DNA of 64,000 nt from a virus (Duplodnaviria; Heunggongvirae; Uroviricota; Caudoviricetes). Below the pieces are notes generated by a model. It saw only the letters and a list, made by a program, of their open reading frames with translations, ran no database searches and was not told the DNA's origin. This document shows positions 1 to 9,757 of the stretch, in pieces. Numbering within the stretch: position 1 is the stretch's first letter; each line of letters opens with the position of its first letter. Both the position numbers and the translations under genes were made by a program. The DNA is taken from IMG/VR virus record IMGVR_UViG_3300048930_000918; one strand, given 5' to 3'.

Positions 1-1704
1 TTGTAATCTTTGGTTAAAATCATTACGCTCACGCTCTAAACTGACTCGTTGATTACGTTCTTTTTCAAATTGAGGTGCGTTTTGACGAGCTAACTCTTCC
101 TGTCTTGTTTTATATTCTTCAGCAGATTTTATCGAGTTATCCCTGTTTTCAAGTTCTCTCTCAAGCTCGTTATATCTATTCTTAAGATCAGATATAGAAG
201 AAAGATCAATACCTTGGTTATTAAAGTTATTGAATACATTACCAATCCCGCTATCAACGCCGACTGCAACGCCTGTATTTCTAGTGTTATTAAGTAATCT
301 TGGTTGCTGCCAGCTTCTCTCATTCTGATATGATCTATATAACTGTTCGTTATTTTCCTGATCGTTTTTCCATTTATCAAGACCCTTTAAATTAGTACTT
401 TTTATATCAGCTAGTTTATTACCAAAATCACTATTTGCTAACTGATCATATTGACCTAATTGACCTATTTTATTTATATCTCCATACTGGATAGCCGTTA
501 CGCCTTTTAACAAATCCTCTTTTGTTGCTTTACTACGAGCACCAAGTGTAGCCTCACTTAACTCTCTTGTTCTATTGGCAACAGCTTGTAGATGAGATTG
601 AGAACCATAAGTACCTTGTTTGATATACTTGGCGTTTAAGGCATTTATATCGGCTTTTAATTTTCTTTTAGCTTCTGTATCAAGTGCTGCAAATTTAGGA
701 TTAAGTTGCTCAGGTAATCCTTCTACGGCTCTATTAATGGAATTAGGAGTATTTATAACATCTTTACGTGTAAGTTTCCTATTCAGATAATTTTCATCTT
801 TATAAAAAGGACTTAATTCTTCCGCAAGTTTATAAGATGTATCCATTTTCTGGTTAATAGGTTCAATAAGTTTACCTTGATAAACAGGCGTATTTGTTCT
901 TGCAGCATTTTCCCACTGATCACTTGGTTTACCTGTATCGATGCCATATGCTTGTAGTGCTTTTGTTAATTGTTGAGCGTTTAAATTATCAAGATCAGGA
1001 TGACCCGCTAAATCGCCGCTTTCCCCTCCTCCAAGGTTACTTAAAGCTTGTTGCAGGTTTTGAAGGCGAGCGTAAGGATCGTTTCTTTCTGCTTCAAAAC
1101 GTGCTTTATCAGCTGTTAATCCTTTATTTATTATCCCTTGTTTTTGTTCCCCATATCCGTATAAATCATTTATTAGGCTTCTTTCTCTTGCCTCTTTTGA
1201 TCTAGACAATTGATTAAGAGCTGTAAATGCCGCTCTGTTTTTCTTACCCTCTAACTTTCTAATCGGAGCATTTAACGTCTCAATATCAGAGCCAAGTTCA
1301 CTTAGTTTAGTACCAATATCCTGTTGTAATTTATTCTCAAGTTTTGGTAAATAAGGGTTAAGTCTTTGACCATATTGCTTATTTAACTTATTTAAAAGAA
1401 TATTCTGATTAAAATTACTTTGGCTAGATTCAACATTACCTAAAATATTATTTATATTATCAGGTGTTATACCTTGTGCCTGAGCATTAGCAAGTGAGTT
1501 TAATCCGCCTTGATATGGCATACCTTTAGCAAGTCTTCTTTGCTCTAAGCTTTGTGCTCTTTGGGTTAGAGCTGACATTGGAGCTAAAGTTTTACCGGGA
1601 TAAGCTGAGTAATTAGTACCAGCTAACTTAGCTGAGTCTCTAAGTAATATTTGCTGAGCCCTGTTTTTTAGTTCCCCGAAGGATAATTGATTAATTGGTG
1701 GCAT
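1..1704 (-). CDS. Large phage virion/structural protein, start ATG at 1704, continues past the left window edge (more than 567 aa in-window)
   Basis: Manual reverse-complement translation from ATG at 1704 (MPPINQLSFGELKNRAQQ...) is stop-free to position 1. It is missing from the ORF track only because no stop lies inside the window. The product is Q/N/K-rich and coiled-coil-like. The start is separated by 2 nt from the upstream gene's stop (TAA-TT-ATG). Confidence 0.5.
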   Translation of the reverse strand, partial: MPPINQLSFGELKNRAQQILLRDSAKLAGTNYSAYPGKTLAPMSALTQRAQSLEQRRLAKGMPYQGGLNSLANAQAQGITPDNINNILGNVESSQSNFNQNILLNKLNKQYGQRLNPYLPKLENKLQQDIGTKLSELGSDIETLNAPIRKLEGKKNRAAFTALNQLSRSKEARERSLINDLYGYGEQKQGIINKGLTADKARFEAERNDPYARLQNLQQALSNLGGGESGDLAGHPDLDNLNAQQLTKALQAYGIDTGKPSDQWENAARTNTPVYQGKLIEPINQKMDTSYKLAEELSPFYKDENYLNRKLTRKDVINTPNSINRAVEGLPEQLNPKFAALDTEAKRKLKADINALNAKYIKQGTYGSQSHLQAVANRTRELSEATLGARSKATKEDLLKGVTAIQYGDINKIGQLGQYDQLANSDFGNKLADIKSTNLKGLDKWKNDQENNEQLYRSYQNERSWQQPRLLNNTRNTGVAVGVDSGIGNVFNNFNNQGIDLSSISDLKNRYNELERELENRDNSIKSAEEYKTRQEELARQNAPQFEKERNQRVSLERERNDFNQRLQ

Positions 1705-1706
1705 AA

Positions 1707-2831
1707 TTAAAATCTAATAGGTGTTCCTGTAAAATGAGGGTTATCATAATAGTTTAACCATCTACCTGTTTGGGAATACTCCTGAGGGCTACTTACCCTA
1801 TTGTAAATAGGTTCTATATCAATTCTTTCTTCCGGTAAGAATTTACGTCTAGCTATTCTACGTCTTGCTCTTTCCTGCTCAAGCTCATAAGCTTCCTGTT
1901 GCGCCATTTCTTCAGGAGTCAGTCTTTGCGCAAGTAACTTGGCCTTAGCGTCTTTTCCTTCCTGCGCAGCTGACTTTGGTTTAGGTCTATTGAACCTATC
2001 ATATACACTAAGTCCAGCTGTACCAAGTGCTAATAGGTTTTTAGGTTTAGTCGCAAAATCCAAGCTATTGGTTTTTAATTTTTCAAAAAAACCTAAATCT
2101 TTTTTACCTCCTCTTTTTCCTTTTCTAACAATATATTCTGTTACATCTTCATCACCAGCGTTATCAAAGTCATAGTCAGCTCCTGCCGATAATCCTTCAC
2201 CTCTACCTCTTCCTCCTATACTAGATAGAGCTCCTCCCCCAGCTAGATAATCAGAAGCACCAAGTGATTTATCAGCTCCGGTAAACGGTAAACCCATACC
2301 TCTAATACCACCTCCCATTTGGGACATGTTACCAAACCAGCTACCCATATTATTACTGCCATAATTCTGAAGAGCACCGCCAATCGAATTAGCACCGAGT
2401 TTGCTTAAACCTTGTCCTACCATATTACCTATCATTGGAGCAGCTACTCCGTAACCGGCTCCTTTTAATGCTCCGATTAAAGGATTCTCTTTATCACCTC
2501 GAATAAGAGAACGTGTTGCCCCACCAAGAGCACCGCCAACTGGTCCACCGAAAATAGCGGCAGTTGTTCCAATAGTATCGGCTATAGTCCGTTTTGGGTT
2601 TTTAATAGTTTTATTTATTGTTCTACCCGGGTTTTTAATGAAGTTCCTGACTCCTCTAAAAAAATACTCTGGTAATCCGGTATCAGGATTAATAGTACCG
2701 CTACCGCCTACTTTTTTAAGCATTTTAGCTTCTAAAGGATTAATATGAGCAAGTACTGTATCGCCTCCTCTTCCTTTTTTCCTTGTTTGCTCCAGAATAT
2801 AATTGACGTCTTTTTTAGTATATTTTTTCAC
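1707..2831 (-). CDS. Gly-rich phage virion protein (374 aa)
   Basis: ORF track. Long Gly/Ala/Ser-rich central region (GGPVGGALGGATRS, GGRGRGEG). Sits in a tight operon with its neighbours, overlapping by 4 nt. Confidence 0.5.
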   Translation of the reverse strand: MKKYTKKDVNYILEQTRKKGRGGDTVLAHINPLEAKMLKKVGGSGTINPDTGLPEYFFRGVRNFIKNPGRTINKTIKNPKRTIADTIGTTAAIFGGPVGGALGGATRSLIRGDKENPLIGALKGAGYGVAAPMIGNMVGQGLSKLGANSIGGALQNYGSNNMGSWFGNMSQMGGGIRGMGLPFTGADKSLGASDYLAGGGALSSIGGRGRGEGLSAGADYDFDNAGDEDVTEYIVRKGKRGGKKDLGFFEKLKTNSLDFATKPKNLLALGTAGLSVYDRFNRPKPKSAAQEGKDAKAKLLAQRLTPEEMAQQEAYELEQERARRRIARRKFLPEERIDIEPIYNRVSSPQEYSQTGRWLNYYDNPHFTGTPIRF

Positions 2832-3109
2832 TTCTTTTTACCTCTAGCGTTAATCATAACAATATACACGGCTTTTGCCCAATCGTCCCAGTTTTTAAAC
2901 TGATCAGTTTTTTTAGAACCTTTTGTAATTGTAGCTGATGGTATACTATTTGTTCTAAATATACCAACACCAGCTATTTTATTAGCCCATTCCTGCCATT
3001 CTTCACCTGCCCTTGGCACTGGTAAACGCTCATTTTTATAATTTTTTATAAGCTCTGCTGACCATTTCTCAAAAGTTATATATTTAGGAAAGGGTAAATT
3101 ATTAATCAT
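2828..3109 (-). CDS. hypothetical phage protein (93 aa)
   Basis: ORF track. Shows the 4-nt overlap coupling typical of this operon. Confidence 0.4.
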   Translation of the reverse strand: MINNLPFPKYITFEKWSAELIKNYKNERLPVPRAGEEWQEWANKIAGVGIFRTNSIPSATITKGSKKTDQFKNWDDWAKAVYIVMINARGKKK

Positions 3110-4725
3110 TGATTACTTCCTTCTTTATAATTAATAAGTATTGTACCGACATTATAAGGGTAAACACAAGTAAAAGTAACAGTCATAAATCTAGCTGAGA
3201 TTCTTAAATCTATTTTACCCGGTGATATTTCAGGATATAGATTATAATTAAGAGGTGTAGTTAATGTTCTAGGGGTACTTGCGTATTTTTTATAACTAAC
3301 ACCTATAATAAGTTGATCGTTAATTGTTCTAGTATAACCGGCTGGAGCTGGAAAATCAGGTTCTATTTGATCTAAAACTATATATTTATCAATAGCGTTA
3401 CCATTTTTAGCCGGATTAAATGCAACAAAACCGAAATAAGGAGTTGTAAAGAAAGAAAAAATATTTTTTTGAATACCACCTAGTCTTACTTCATTGTAAC
3501 CTGTTTCTTGTTTCCATATTGATTTATAACTATTTATTAGGTTATAAGGATAATTAGCACAACTATCACCATAACTAAAAATATCACCGGTAGCTTCATA
3601 GACAGTAACGCAATCACGTCTGATAGCCGTATCGTACCAACTATTTTCCCGCACGTTATAAACAAGCTCTCTAGTGCATCCTATTACTGGATCATTTCTA
3701 TTTATTTTTTCAGGATAAGCCCAGCGTATCTCGCCGTAACGGGCTATTTTATATCCATAAATTTTTTGTCTTTTATTTAAGTCAACGTTTTCAAGGAAAT
3801 ATTCAAAATTAACGTCGTTCTTAACACTATCTACTATGCCGTTATAAACAAAAACTCTATCTGTTCCAAGCCAGAAAAAAAGGCTGTCATATTGAACAAC
3901 TGCTCTTGAAGACATTAAAGATGAATTAGTTGTTATTTCCTCTCTTTGGAAATCAACAGGTTGATCTGCATTAGCAGGATCAGCTACGTTGGTTAAATAT
4001 ATAACTGAGTTTTCTGTCCAGAATAAAAAGCTAGGTGAATTAGTACCACCCCTTATACTTGCTCCAAAGATAAGTTTATTTTCTGATATTTTATAAACAC
4101 CTGAATCTCCTCCTGAAAACTCTAAAGGGTTTCTTGTTCTACTTCTAATAATTGTGCCATTATTACCATATAAGTATAAACAAGGATTGGAAAATAAAAT
4201 TCCACCTGATACAATGTTATTAGTATTACCCGGTATCAGTCCATCGATATAGCCTTGAAAACTATCGTCTTGTAACATACTTTTCCAGTATAAAGTACCA
4301 TTATTAGAACTAAGTATATTATCTCCATTGGAAATAGAAAGTAATGCTAAATAAGGATTACCATCTTGTCCGATAAATTTTGCTGATTGCCATGTTCTGT
4401 TTTGATCATTTGTTAAAAATAAATCCTCTTGTCCTGTATCCGAACCTAAAACAGCAATATCATCGCTAACAGTATTTAGATCAGTAATGCACCTATGTAC
4501 TTGATTGTGTGATGCGTAAATAAGTATATAATTATTGGCCGTATTATAAATAGTTAAAAAGTTAGGTGTAATATTATTTATAGGACGATGAATTTCCTTA
4601 TTACCTTTCATCTTCTTTATTTTACCGCCAACAAATCTTATCCATTGACCATCAATGCAATATTCATCTTGAAACTCAGTACCGTCTCTTTGTATTCCTG
4701 TTTTATATACTAAAGGTATGCGCAT
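3106..4725 (-). CDS. hypothetical phage structural protein (539 aa), possible tail component
   Basis: ORF track. Lies in the structural operon and shares start/stop with the neighbouring ORF at 4725. Confidence 0.5.
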   Translation of the reverse strand: MRIPLVYKTGIQRDGTEFQDEYCIDGQWIRFVGGKIKKMKGNKEIHRPINNITPNFLTIYNTANNYILIYASHNQVHRCITDLNTVSDDIAVLGSDTGQEDLFLTNDQNRTWQSAKFIGQDGNPYLALLSISNGDNILSSNNGTLYWKSMLQDDSFQGYIDGLIPGNTNNIVSGGILFSNPCLYLYGNNGTIIRSRTRNPLEFSGGDSGVYKISENKLIFGASIRGGTNSPSFLFWTENSVIYLTNVADPANADQPVDFQREEITTNSSLMSSRAVVQYDSLFFWLGTDRVFVYNGIVDSVKNDVNFEYFLENVDLNKRQKIYGYKIARYGEIRWAYPEKINRNDPVIGCTRELVYNVRENSWYDTAIRRDCVTVYEATGDIFSYGDSCANYPYNLINSYKSIWKQETGYNEVRLGGIQKNIFSFFTTPYFGFVAFNPAKNGNAIDKYIVLDQIEPDFPAPAGYTRTINDQLIIGVSYKKYASTPRTLTTPLNYNLYPEISPGKIDLRISARFMTVTFTCVYPYNVGTILINYKEGSNQ

Positions 4726-5411
4726 TAATTATTAGCTCTTATTACGGTTCTATCAGCACTTCTATCAGTATTCATCCTATTAATTGTCTCTAGTTCCTGA
4801 TCAAACAATGATTGATATTTATTACGTTTTTCTTCATCATCTAAAAATAAACATGCCTCAATTAAACATGAATAAAGAAGTAGGTTAGGATAACGCTGAG
4901 TAAGGAAATTAACGGGATAGTCTTGATTAAATAAAGGAATACCTTGATATATAATATCAAAATTATAAATAGCATCGCTTGTAGGAGCGAAAAACCATAC
5001 AAAATTACCATAAGTATTTGCTAAGCTATTATTGTTAAGATTTTGGGTATGATCAGCATAATATTTTGGTTTACTTCTTTGTGTATTTTGATATAAAGGC
5101 CAATAGGTTCTGCAAAAATCATAAGACCTTTGTTGAAGAAAGCTTACATTGTTATTAGAATCAATCATTTGAACGCTAATTGTATTTAACCAATTAGCGG
5201 GTTTTTTTAAAATAAATGTTCCAGGTGGTATATTTCTAAATGTTGTTATAATCTCAAAACCCAAATCCTTGGCGTTATTATAAATCCTTATTATCCCTTG
5301 TTGAATTAAATATGGTATTTGGTCAACAAAAGGATTATCTGTCCTAAGCATGTAGGTTTGCAGAGTTTCAATTAGAATAGGATATGTAAGGGTATAATTG
5401 GTATTAGACAT
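4725..5411 (-). CDS. hypothetical phage protein (228 aa)
   Basis: ORF track. First gene of the leftmost minus-strand sub-operon, diverging from the plus-strand gene at 5491. Confidence 0.45.
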   Translation of the reverse strand: MSNTNYTLTYPILIETLQTYMLRTDNPFVDQIPYLIQQGIIRIYNNAKDLGFEIITTFRNIPPGTFILKKPANWLNTISVQMIDSNNNVSFLQQRSYDFCRTYWPLYQNTQRSKPKYYADHTQNLNNNSLANTYGNFVWFFAPTSDAIYNFDIIYQGIPLFNQDYPVNFLTQRYPNLLLYSCLIEACLFLDDEEKRNKYQSLFDQELETINRMNTDRSADRTVIRANN

Positions 5412-5490
5412 CTATAAACTAAGTAATTTATTGATTAAAAATTTAATTTATAATATATTACAATTTTAATACTTTATCATCAAAAACCTT

Positions 5491-5898
5491 ATGAAATCAG
5501 CAGCTAAAATTCCATTTAAAGGTAAAAAGACTCCTTATAACCTAAATGAGGTTGATGTTAACCTTTTACTTAAAAATCCTTCTCATATTCGTAAGGTAGT
5601 TAAAGGTAATTATAAGGAAGAAAGTAACTATGACGAGGATGAGAGTGAGGAAGAGGAAGAGGAAGAGGAAGAAGGTGAGGATGATAAACTAGAATCCCAT
5701 ATGAAGCGTTATATTACCGAGTATTTTGATAACAAATACAATAAGGAAAGAGATCAGCGTAAAAAAGTAAAGCAGAGATTCGATTTCATAGATAATTATA
5801 TACCTAAATTTCCATATAACGCAGTTACAGTCGGTAAAACTTTAACAGAAATAAAAGACGAAGTGCAAAAACGTCGTAAATTAAAAAATAGCAAATAA
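5491..5898 (+). CDS. acidic poly-Glu protein (135 aa); paralog of 55235..55657
   Basis: ORF track. Conserved N-terminus (KIPFKGKKTPYNLNEVDVNLLLKNPSHIRK) shared with the ORF at 55235..55657. Contains a run of 9 Glu and an overall acidic stretch (DEDESEEEEEEEEEGEDD). Confidence 0.55.
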   Translation: MKSAAKIPFKGKKTPYNLNEVDVNLLLKNPSHIRKVVKGNYKEESNYDEDESEEEEEEEEEGEDDKLESHMKRYITEYFDNKYNKERDQRKKVKQRFDFIDNYIPKFPYNAVTVGKTLTEIKDEVQKRRKLKNSK

Positions 5899-6105
5899 TA
5901 AAATAAAAATATTTACAAAACTTTCATAATTTCTTTGTTTTTCTTCCTCTAATCTTAAATTAATGACAGGTACTATTATACCATTAACTATTAAGATATA
6001 AGTTATTAGTTTATAATTAGGTTTTTGTTTATAGAAATACTTATGTTTAAGTATTATAAAATATAGTGATAATCATTATTTTTATTATCAAAACTAAATA
6101 ATACA

Positions 6106-6297
6106 TTAATGATCCAAATAAGGGTTAGGGCATAAATCAGTCATCATCACACAAAGCGCTCCGACTATTTCTGCAATTAATATAAGATTATCTGTCTCAA
6201 TAAATAATAGCCTAGCTAATATTATAAGGATGAAGATGTTTTTAATAAAACTGGCGTTAGATGCTATTAAATTAAAAAAATTCTTCATAGATAACAA
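6106..6297 (-). CDS. small hydrophobic two-helix protein (63 aa); member of a 3-copy family
   Basis: ORF track. Hydrophobic, with the core ARLLFIETDNLILIAEIVGA shared with small ORFs at 54579..54758 and 55083..55238. Confidence 0.4.
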   Translation of the reverse strand: MLSMKNFFNLIASNASFIKNIFILIILARLLFIETDNLILIAEIVGALCVMMTDLCPNPYLDH

Positions 6298-6566
6298 CTA
6301 AAACTTGAGGAGCAAATTGATTTTTAATCTATTGCTCCATAACAGAGAATAATATAATAAGAAAATTTGTATTTGTCAAATTAAAGAAACATTTTGTTCC
6401 CTTAGAAATAAAAAATGTTTCTTTAAGAGTCTAATAACCTTGTAATATTTTAGCAACAGTTAACAACGTATTTATTAATAATTATTTTTTGTATATAAAT
6501 AATTATTGCAATAGAACATAAATAATTATATATCTTAGTTATATTTCAACTAAAAGAGGACTAAAT

Positions 6567-6773
6567 ATGAATTACATATTAAATAGAACACAGAAAATAT
6601 TTAATGCTATCGATAAATTGAAAGAAACAGGTGAACTCACAGAAGATGAGACAACATTTATTAAAAGCCTATCGGCAATGGAACTATCATACATTAGTGA
6701 TGTATTATACCATGCTTATGATTATAAAACAGCTGCTACACTATGGGAGATAATTAAGGATAAGGGGGAGTGA
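6567..6773 (+). CDS. hypothetical protein (68 aa)
   Basis: ORF track. Preceded by the junction motif AAAAGAGGACTAAAT-ATG. Confidence 0.35.
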   Translation: MNYILNRTQKIFNAIDKLKETGELTEDETTFIKSLSAMELSYISDVLYHAYDYKTAATLWEIIKDKGE

Positions 6774-6774
6774 T

Positions 6775-7251
6775 ATGAGAAAATATTTACTGATAATTTT
6801 ATTGTTACCAATTAATTGTTGGGCTAGTTCGGAAACAAATACTTTTAGTGCTATTTGTGAAGTGCAAAAAACTGTTCATGTTCCAATAGGTAACAATGAT
6901 AATAAACCGGAAGCTACTTTTGAATTAGATGAGAAACCTACGGGCGAAACTTACAGGTTAATTATTAATAAAAAAGGTAGAATTAATATTGAGTATAAAT
7001 CAAAAGCAAACCCTTTCTTAGATTGGGATTTAATAAGTGAAATGAAAAAAGACAATGTTAGATTTAACATGCTTAGAGATGAAAAGTATAACCTGGTATT
7101 TATGTTAACATATTTACCTTTTCAAATACGAACCTTTTATTTTGATTTAGATACATCCGGTAATGGATTTTTATCAATTGTTGAAAGTCGCTGGGTTGGT
7201 ATTGTTAAGTATCAAGGTTTAACCTTTTGCATATGTAAAACAAAAAGATAA
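6775..7251 (+). CDS. secreted/exported protein with N-terminal signal peptide (158 aa)
   Basis: ORF track. N-terminus MRKYLLIILLLPINCWASSE is signal-peptide-like. Start is 2 nt after the upstream stop. Confidence 0.45.
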   Translation: MRKYLLIILLLPINCWASSETNTFSAICEVQKTVHVPIGNNDNKPEATFELDEKPTGETYRLIINKKGRINIEYKSKANPFLDWDLISEMKKDNVRFNMLRDEKYNLVFMLTYLPFQIRTFYFDLDTSGNGFLSIVESRWVGIVKYQGLTFCICKTKR

Positions 7252-7256
7252 ATATT

Positions 7257-7469
7257 ATGGATAACTTTTTCAGAAAAATATGTGATTTTTTTATAGGTAT
7301 ATATGGAGTAACAGGAATTTTATTAGCGTTAGCCGCTGGTAGTTTTTATTGGTTCATGCGCATCGCTATTATAATATTCTTAATAGTATTGGTTTTTAAA
7401 TCACTAGGTCTTTTATTGACCATATTTATAATAATATTGTTATTAATTTTCTTTAGAGATGATGATTAA
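7257..7469 (+). CDS. small two-TM membrane protein (70 aa), holin-like topology
   Basis: ORF track. Two hydrophobic segments followed by a charged C-terminus (FRDDD). Confidence 0.4.
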   Translation: MDNFFRKICDFFIGIYGVTGILLALAAGSFYWFMRIAIIIFLIVLVFKSLGLLLTIFIIILLLIFFRDDD

Positions 7470-9757
7470 TTATCGCTAAAATCTCTTGATAATACCACTG
7501 GTAATTTATTGTAATAATTTTTACCTTGATTCAAATAATTATGCTTTTTTAAATTATTATACCAGTTACCAATAGTTCTAGGTTCTATACCTAGAACTTT
7601 TTGGGCATACGCAGGATCAGTTAAAAATTCCTGTAATATGTTATAATTAGGGTTTAACCTTGTCATATTAGAAATTTCTGTTTTAAAAGGTAGTTTAGGT
7701 ATATATTTGGCAACTTTTAAAGGTTGTTGTACTTCCGGACCTAAATAATTAGTTACCATTTCTCTTAATTGGGCCTTTGGTGTTGTAGCTGAACCAAACC
7801 TGGAATTACCGGATGCAACAGTAGCCCTGTTTTTTAAATATTTATTTACTCTGTTAAATTCTTCCAATTCTTCAGGAGAATATATTTCTTTAAGTTTATT
7901 AATTCTTTGTCTTAAAAAATTACTTGATTTATCATAACTAGGTAAAGCACCCTCAATATCTGCTGCCTTATTAAGGTACATATTTCTTATATATGCCTTT
8001 GTCAACTTTTCAGCATCAGTATCTTTTATTTGCTTGGAATATTTACCTACACTTTCTTGGGGAGCTTGCAAAATATGTCTTGCTAAATCATCAGTAGCAG
8101 TTTTATAATCACCCCATTCATCTTTACTAACATATTTCTTTAATAACTTATCCCTATTTATTTCGTTTATATCAGGGGATAATTCCTTGTAAGCTTTTCT
8201 ATGCACCAATCCTTCGGGTGTTGCTTGCAAATCTGCTTCTAACGCTTTCTTTTGATTACTAAAATGTCTGATTAAAGCTTTATCACCACCTTCATCAGAT
8301 CTCTTTATTTGTTTAATTTTTTTACCAATCCTTTTAATGGTATTATCAATATGAACAGGTTTATAATTACCGCTTTCAAGATTGCTTATCTCTTTTTTCA
8401 AATCAACAATTTTTAATGTTTTTTCACGAAGTCCTGGGACTAATTCACTTAATATTTGTTCTTTAGCTTGGAAAGATAAACCTGGATATTTCTCATCTAT
8501 TTCCCTAACAATAGGTGATATATCTTTTTCAAGCACACTTAATTCCTTTTTGGCACTATCCGCTAATTTTTTATATTTAAGAGGTAAAATGTTTTTATTC
8601 TTTCTCAATCTTTCTTCCAGATCATCTACTTCTTTTAAAGCAGCTGATTCAGTATATTTATCTAAGTTCTTAACGGGATATGTTTCGTTTGCTTTTTCCA
8701 ATTGTTCGTATAAAGGAGCTGTCTGTTCTTTTCTTGTTTTCTTAAATTTATTAAGATTATCTACAACAGTTTGCCTTCCAGCTTCCCCTACTTCTACATT
8801 GGTTGGGTTAAGTTTATTACCTACTTCGTTTAATCTATTACGTAAAATTTCATCATTAAGTGCTTGTCTGCGTTGAATATCTGTAAAATTAGGAGCGTAA
8901 ACGTTATGTAAGTTTGAAATATCATTATTTAAAGCAACCTCAGCTGTAACCGGAAATATACCTATTTCTTCAAAATTCTCAGGTCTGAAATTACGTATTT
9001 CAGATAAACCTTTATCTTTTGTTAAATCTTTAACTAGCTTGTTTACCTTGAGTTCCATCCTAGTTTGTTTGTTATTATAACGAGGAAGAATATTTGTAAC
9101 TTTTTTAGTTAACAAAGGAGTATTAACGTTAATACTGGCAAGATCACCTATTGGCTCTGCATATTGTTCCGGTAATCCTATATCTGTTAATTTCTTTGAA
9201 ATTTCATTAGAGACTATACCTGATGCTGCTCCTTGTTTAGCACCTTCTTTAAAACCACTAATTAAAGGTTTCGCTGCTTTTACAGTTCTAGCTGCATTTC
9301 CTGCTTTACTAAGACTTCCTAACAAACCAAAACCACCTGCAAATTCTAATGGTTTTGAAATATATTTCTGCATATTATTCGCAGGCCTTGGTTCTAAATC
9401 AACACCGGTACTTTCTCTAACGTAATCTCTTAAATCTGATGAATCAGGTATATTTGAACTAATAACATCAAGATCAGGAACTTCTACATTATCGTTAGTA
9501 AAGTCGGGAGCATATAATCCACCGGGATTACGATTAGCTTTACTTACAGCTATAGCTTCTAATCCTTGTGCCCCTAGTTTAGGTAAATCACCAATAGAAG
9601 TAATACCTTTAAGAAAAGATTTACCAGCTGTTGATAACAACGTTTCACTTGGTTTATCCGGAACAAAACGTAAATCATCAATATTATCATTAACTACTGC
9701 TACGTCTTCATCGGGAATAAACCTTAAATCTTCTAAGGAGTTCATTTTAAATCCCAT
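7466..9757 (-). CDS. large phage virion protein (763 aa); paralog of 51054..53324
   Basis: ORF track. Shared blocks with 51054..53324 (e.g. PVTAEVALNN.IS.LHN.YAPN). Overlaps the upstream gene by 16 nt. Confidence 0.6.
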   Translation of the reverse strand: MGFKMNSLEDLRFIPDEDVAVVNDNIDDLRFVPDKPSETLLSTAGKSFLKGITSIGDLPKLGAQGLEAIAVSKANRNPGGLYAPDFTNDNVEVPDLDVISSNIPDSSDLRDYVRESTGVDLEPRPANNMQKYISKPLEFAGGFGLLGSLSKAGNAARTVKAAKPLISGFKEGAKQGAASGIVSNEISKKLTDIGLPEQYAEPIGDLASINVNTPLLTKKVTNILPRYNNKQTRMELKVNKLVKDLTKDKGLSEIRNFRPENFEEIGIFPVTAEVALNNDISNLHNVYAPNFTDIQRRQALNDEILRNRLNEVGNKLNPTNVEVGEAGRQTVVDNLNKFKKTRKEQTAPLYEQLEKANETYPVKNLDKYTESAALKEVDDLEERLRKNKNILPLKYKKLADSAKKELSVLEKDISPIVREIDEKYPGLSFQAKEQILSELVPGLREKTLKIVDLKKEISNLESGNYKPVHIDNTIKRIGKKIKQIKRSDEGGDKALIRHFSNQKKALEADLQATPEGLVHRKAYKELSPDINEINRDKLLKKYVSKDEWGDYKTATDDLARHILQAPQESVGKYSKQIKDTDAEKLTKAYIRNMYLNKAADIEGALPSYDKSSNFLRQRINKLKEIYSPEELEEFNRVNKYLKNRATVASGNSRFGSATTPKAQLREMVTNYLGPEVQQPLKVAKYIPKLPFKTEISNMTRLNPNYNILQEFLTDPAYAQKVLGIEPRTIGNWYNNLKKHNYLNQGKNYYNKLPVVLSRDFSDN

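Noticed and set aside
129-380. 83-aa minus-strand ORF from the ORF track
   Set aside because: It lies in an alternative frame inside the long stop-free virion-protein ORF that runs from 1704 off the left edge. Its low-complexity hydrophobic translation is typical of an out-of-frame artefact.
894-1205. 103-aa plus-strand ORF
   Set aside because: Antisense to the long minus-strand gene 1..1704. No RBS, and a low-complexity Leu-rich translation.
1939-2175. 78-aa plus-strand ORF
   Set aside because: Antisense within the Gly-rich gene 1707..2831.
8382-8876. 164-aa plus-strand ORF
   Set aside because: Antisense inside the 763-aa gene. Ser/Leu-rich artefact.
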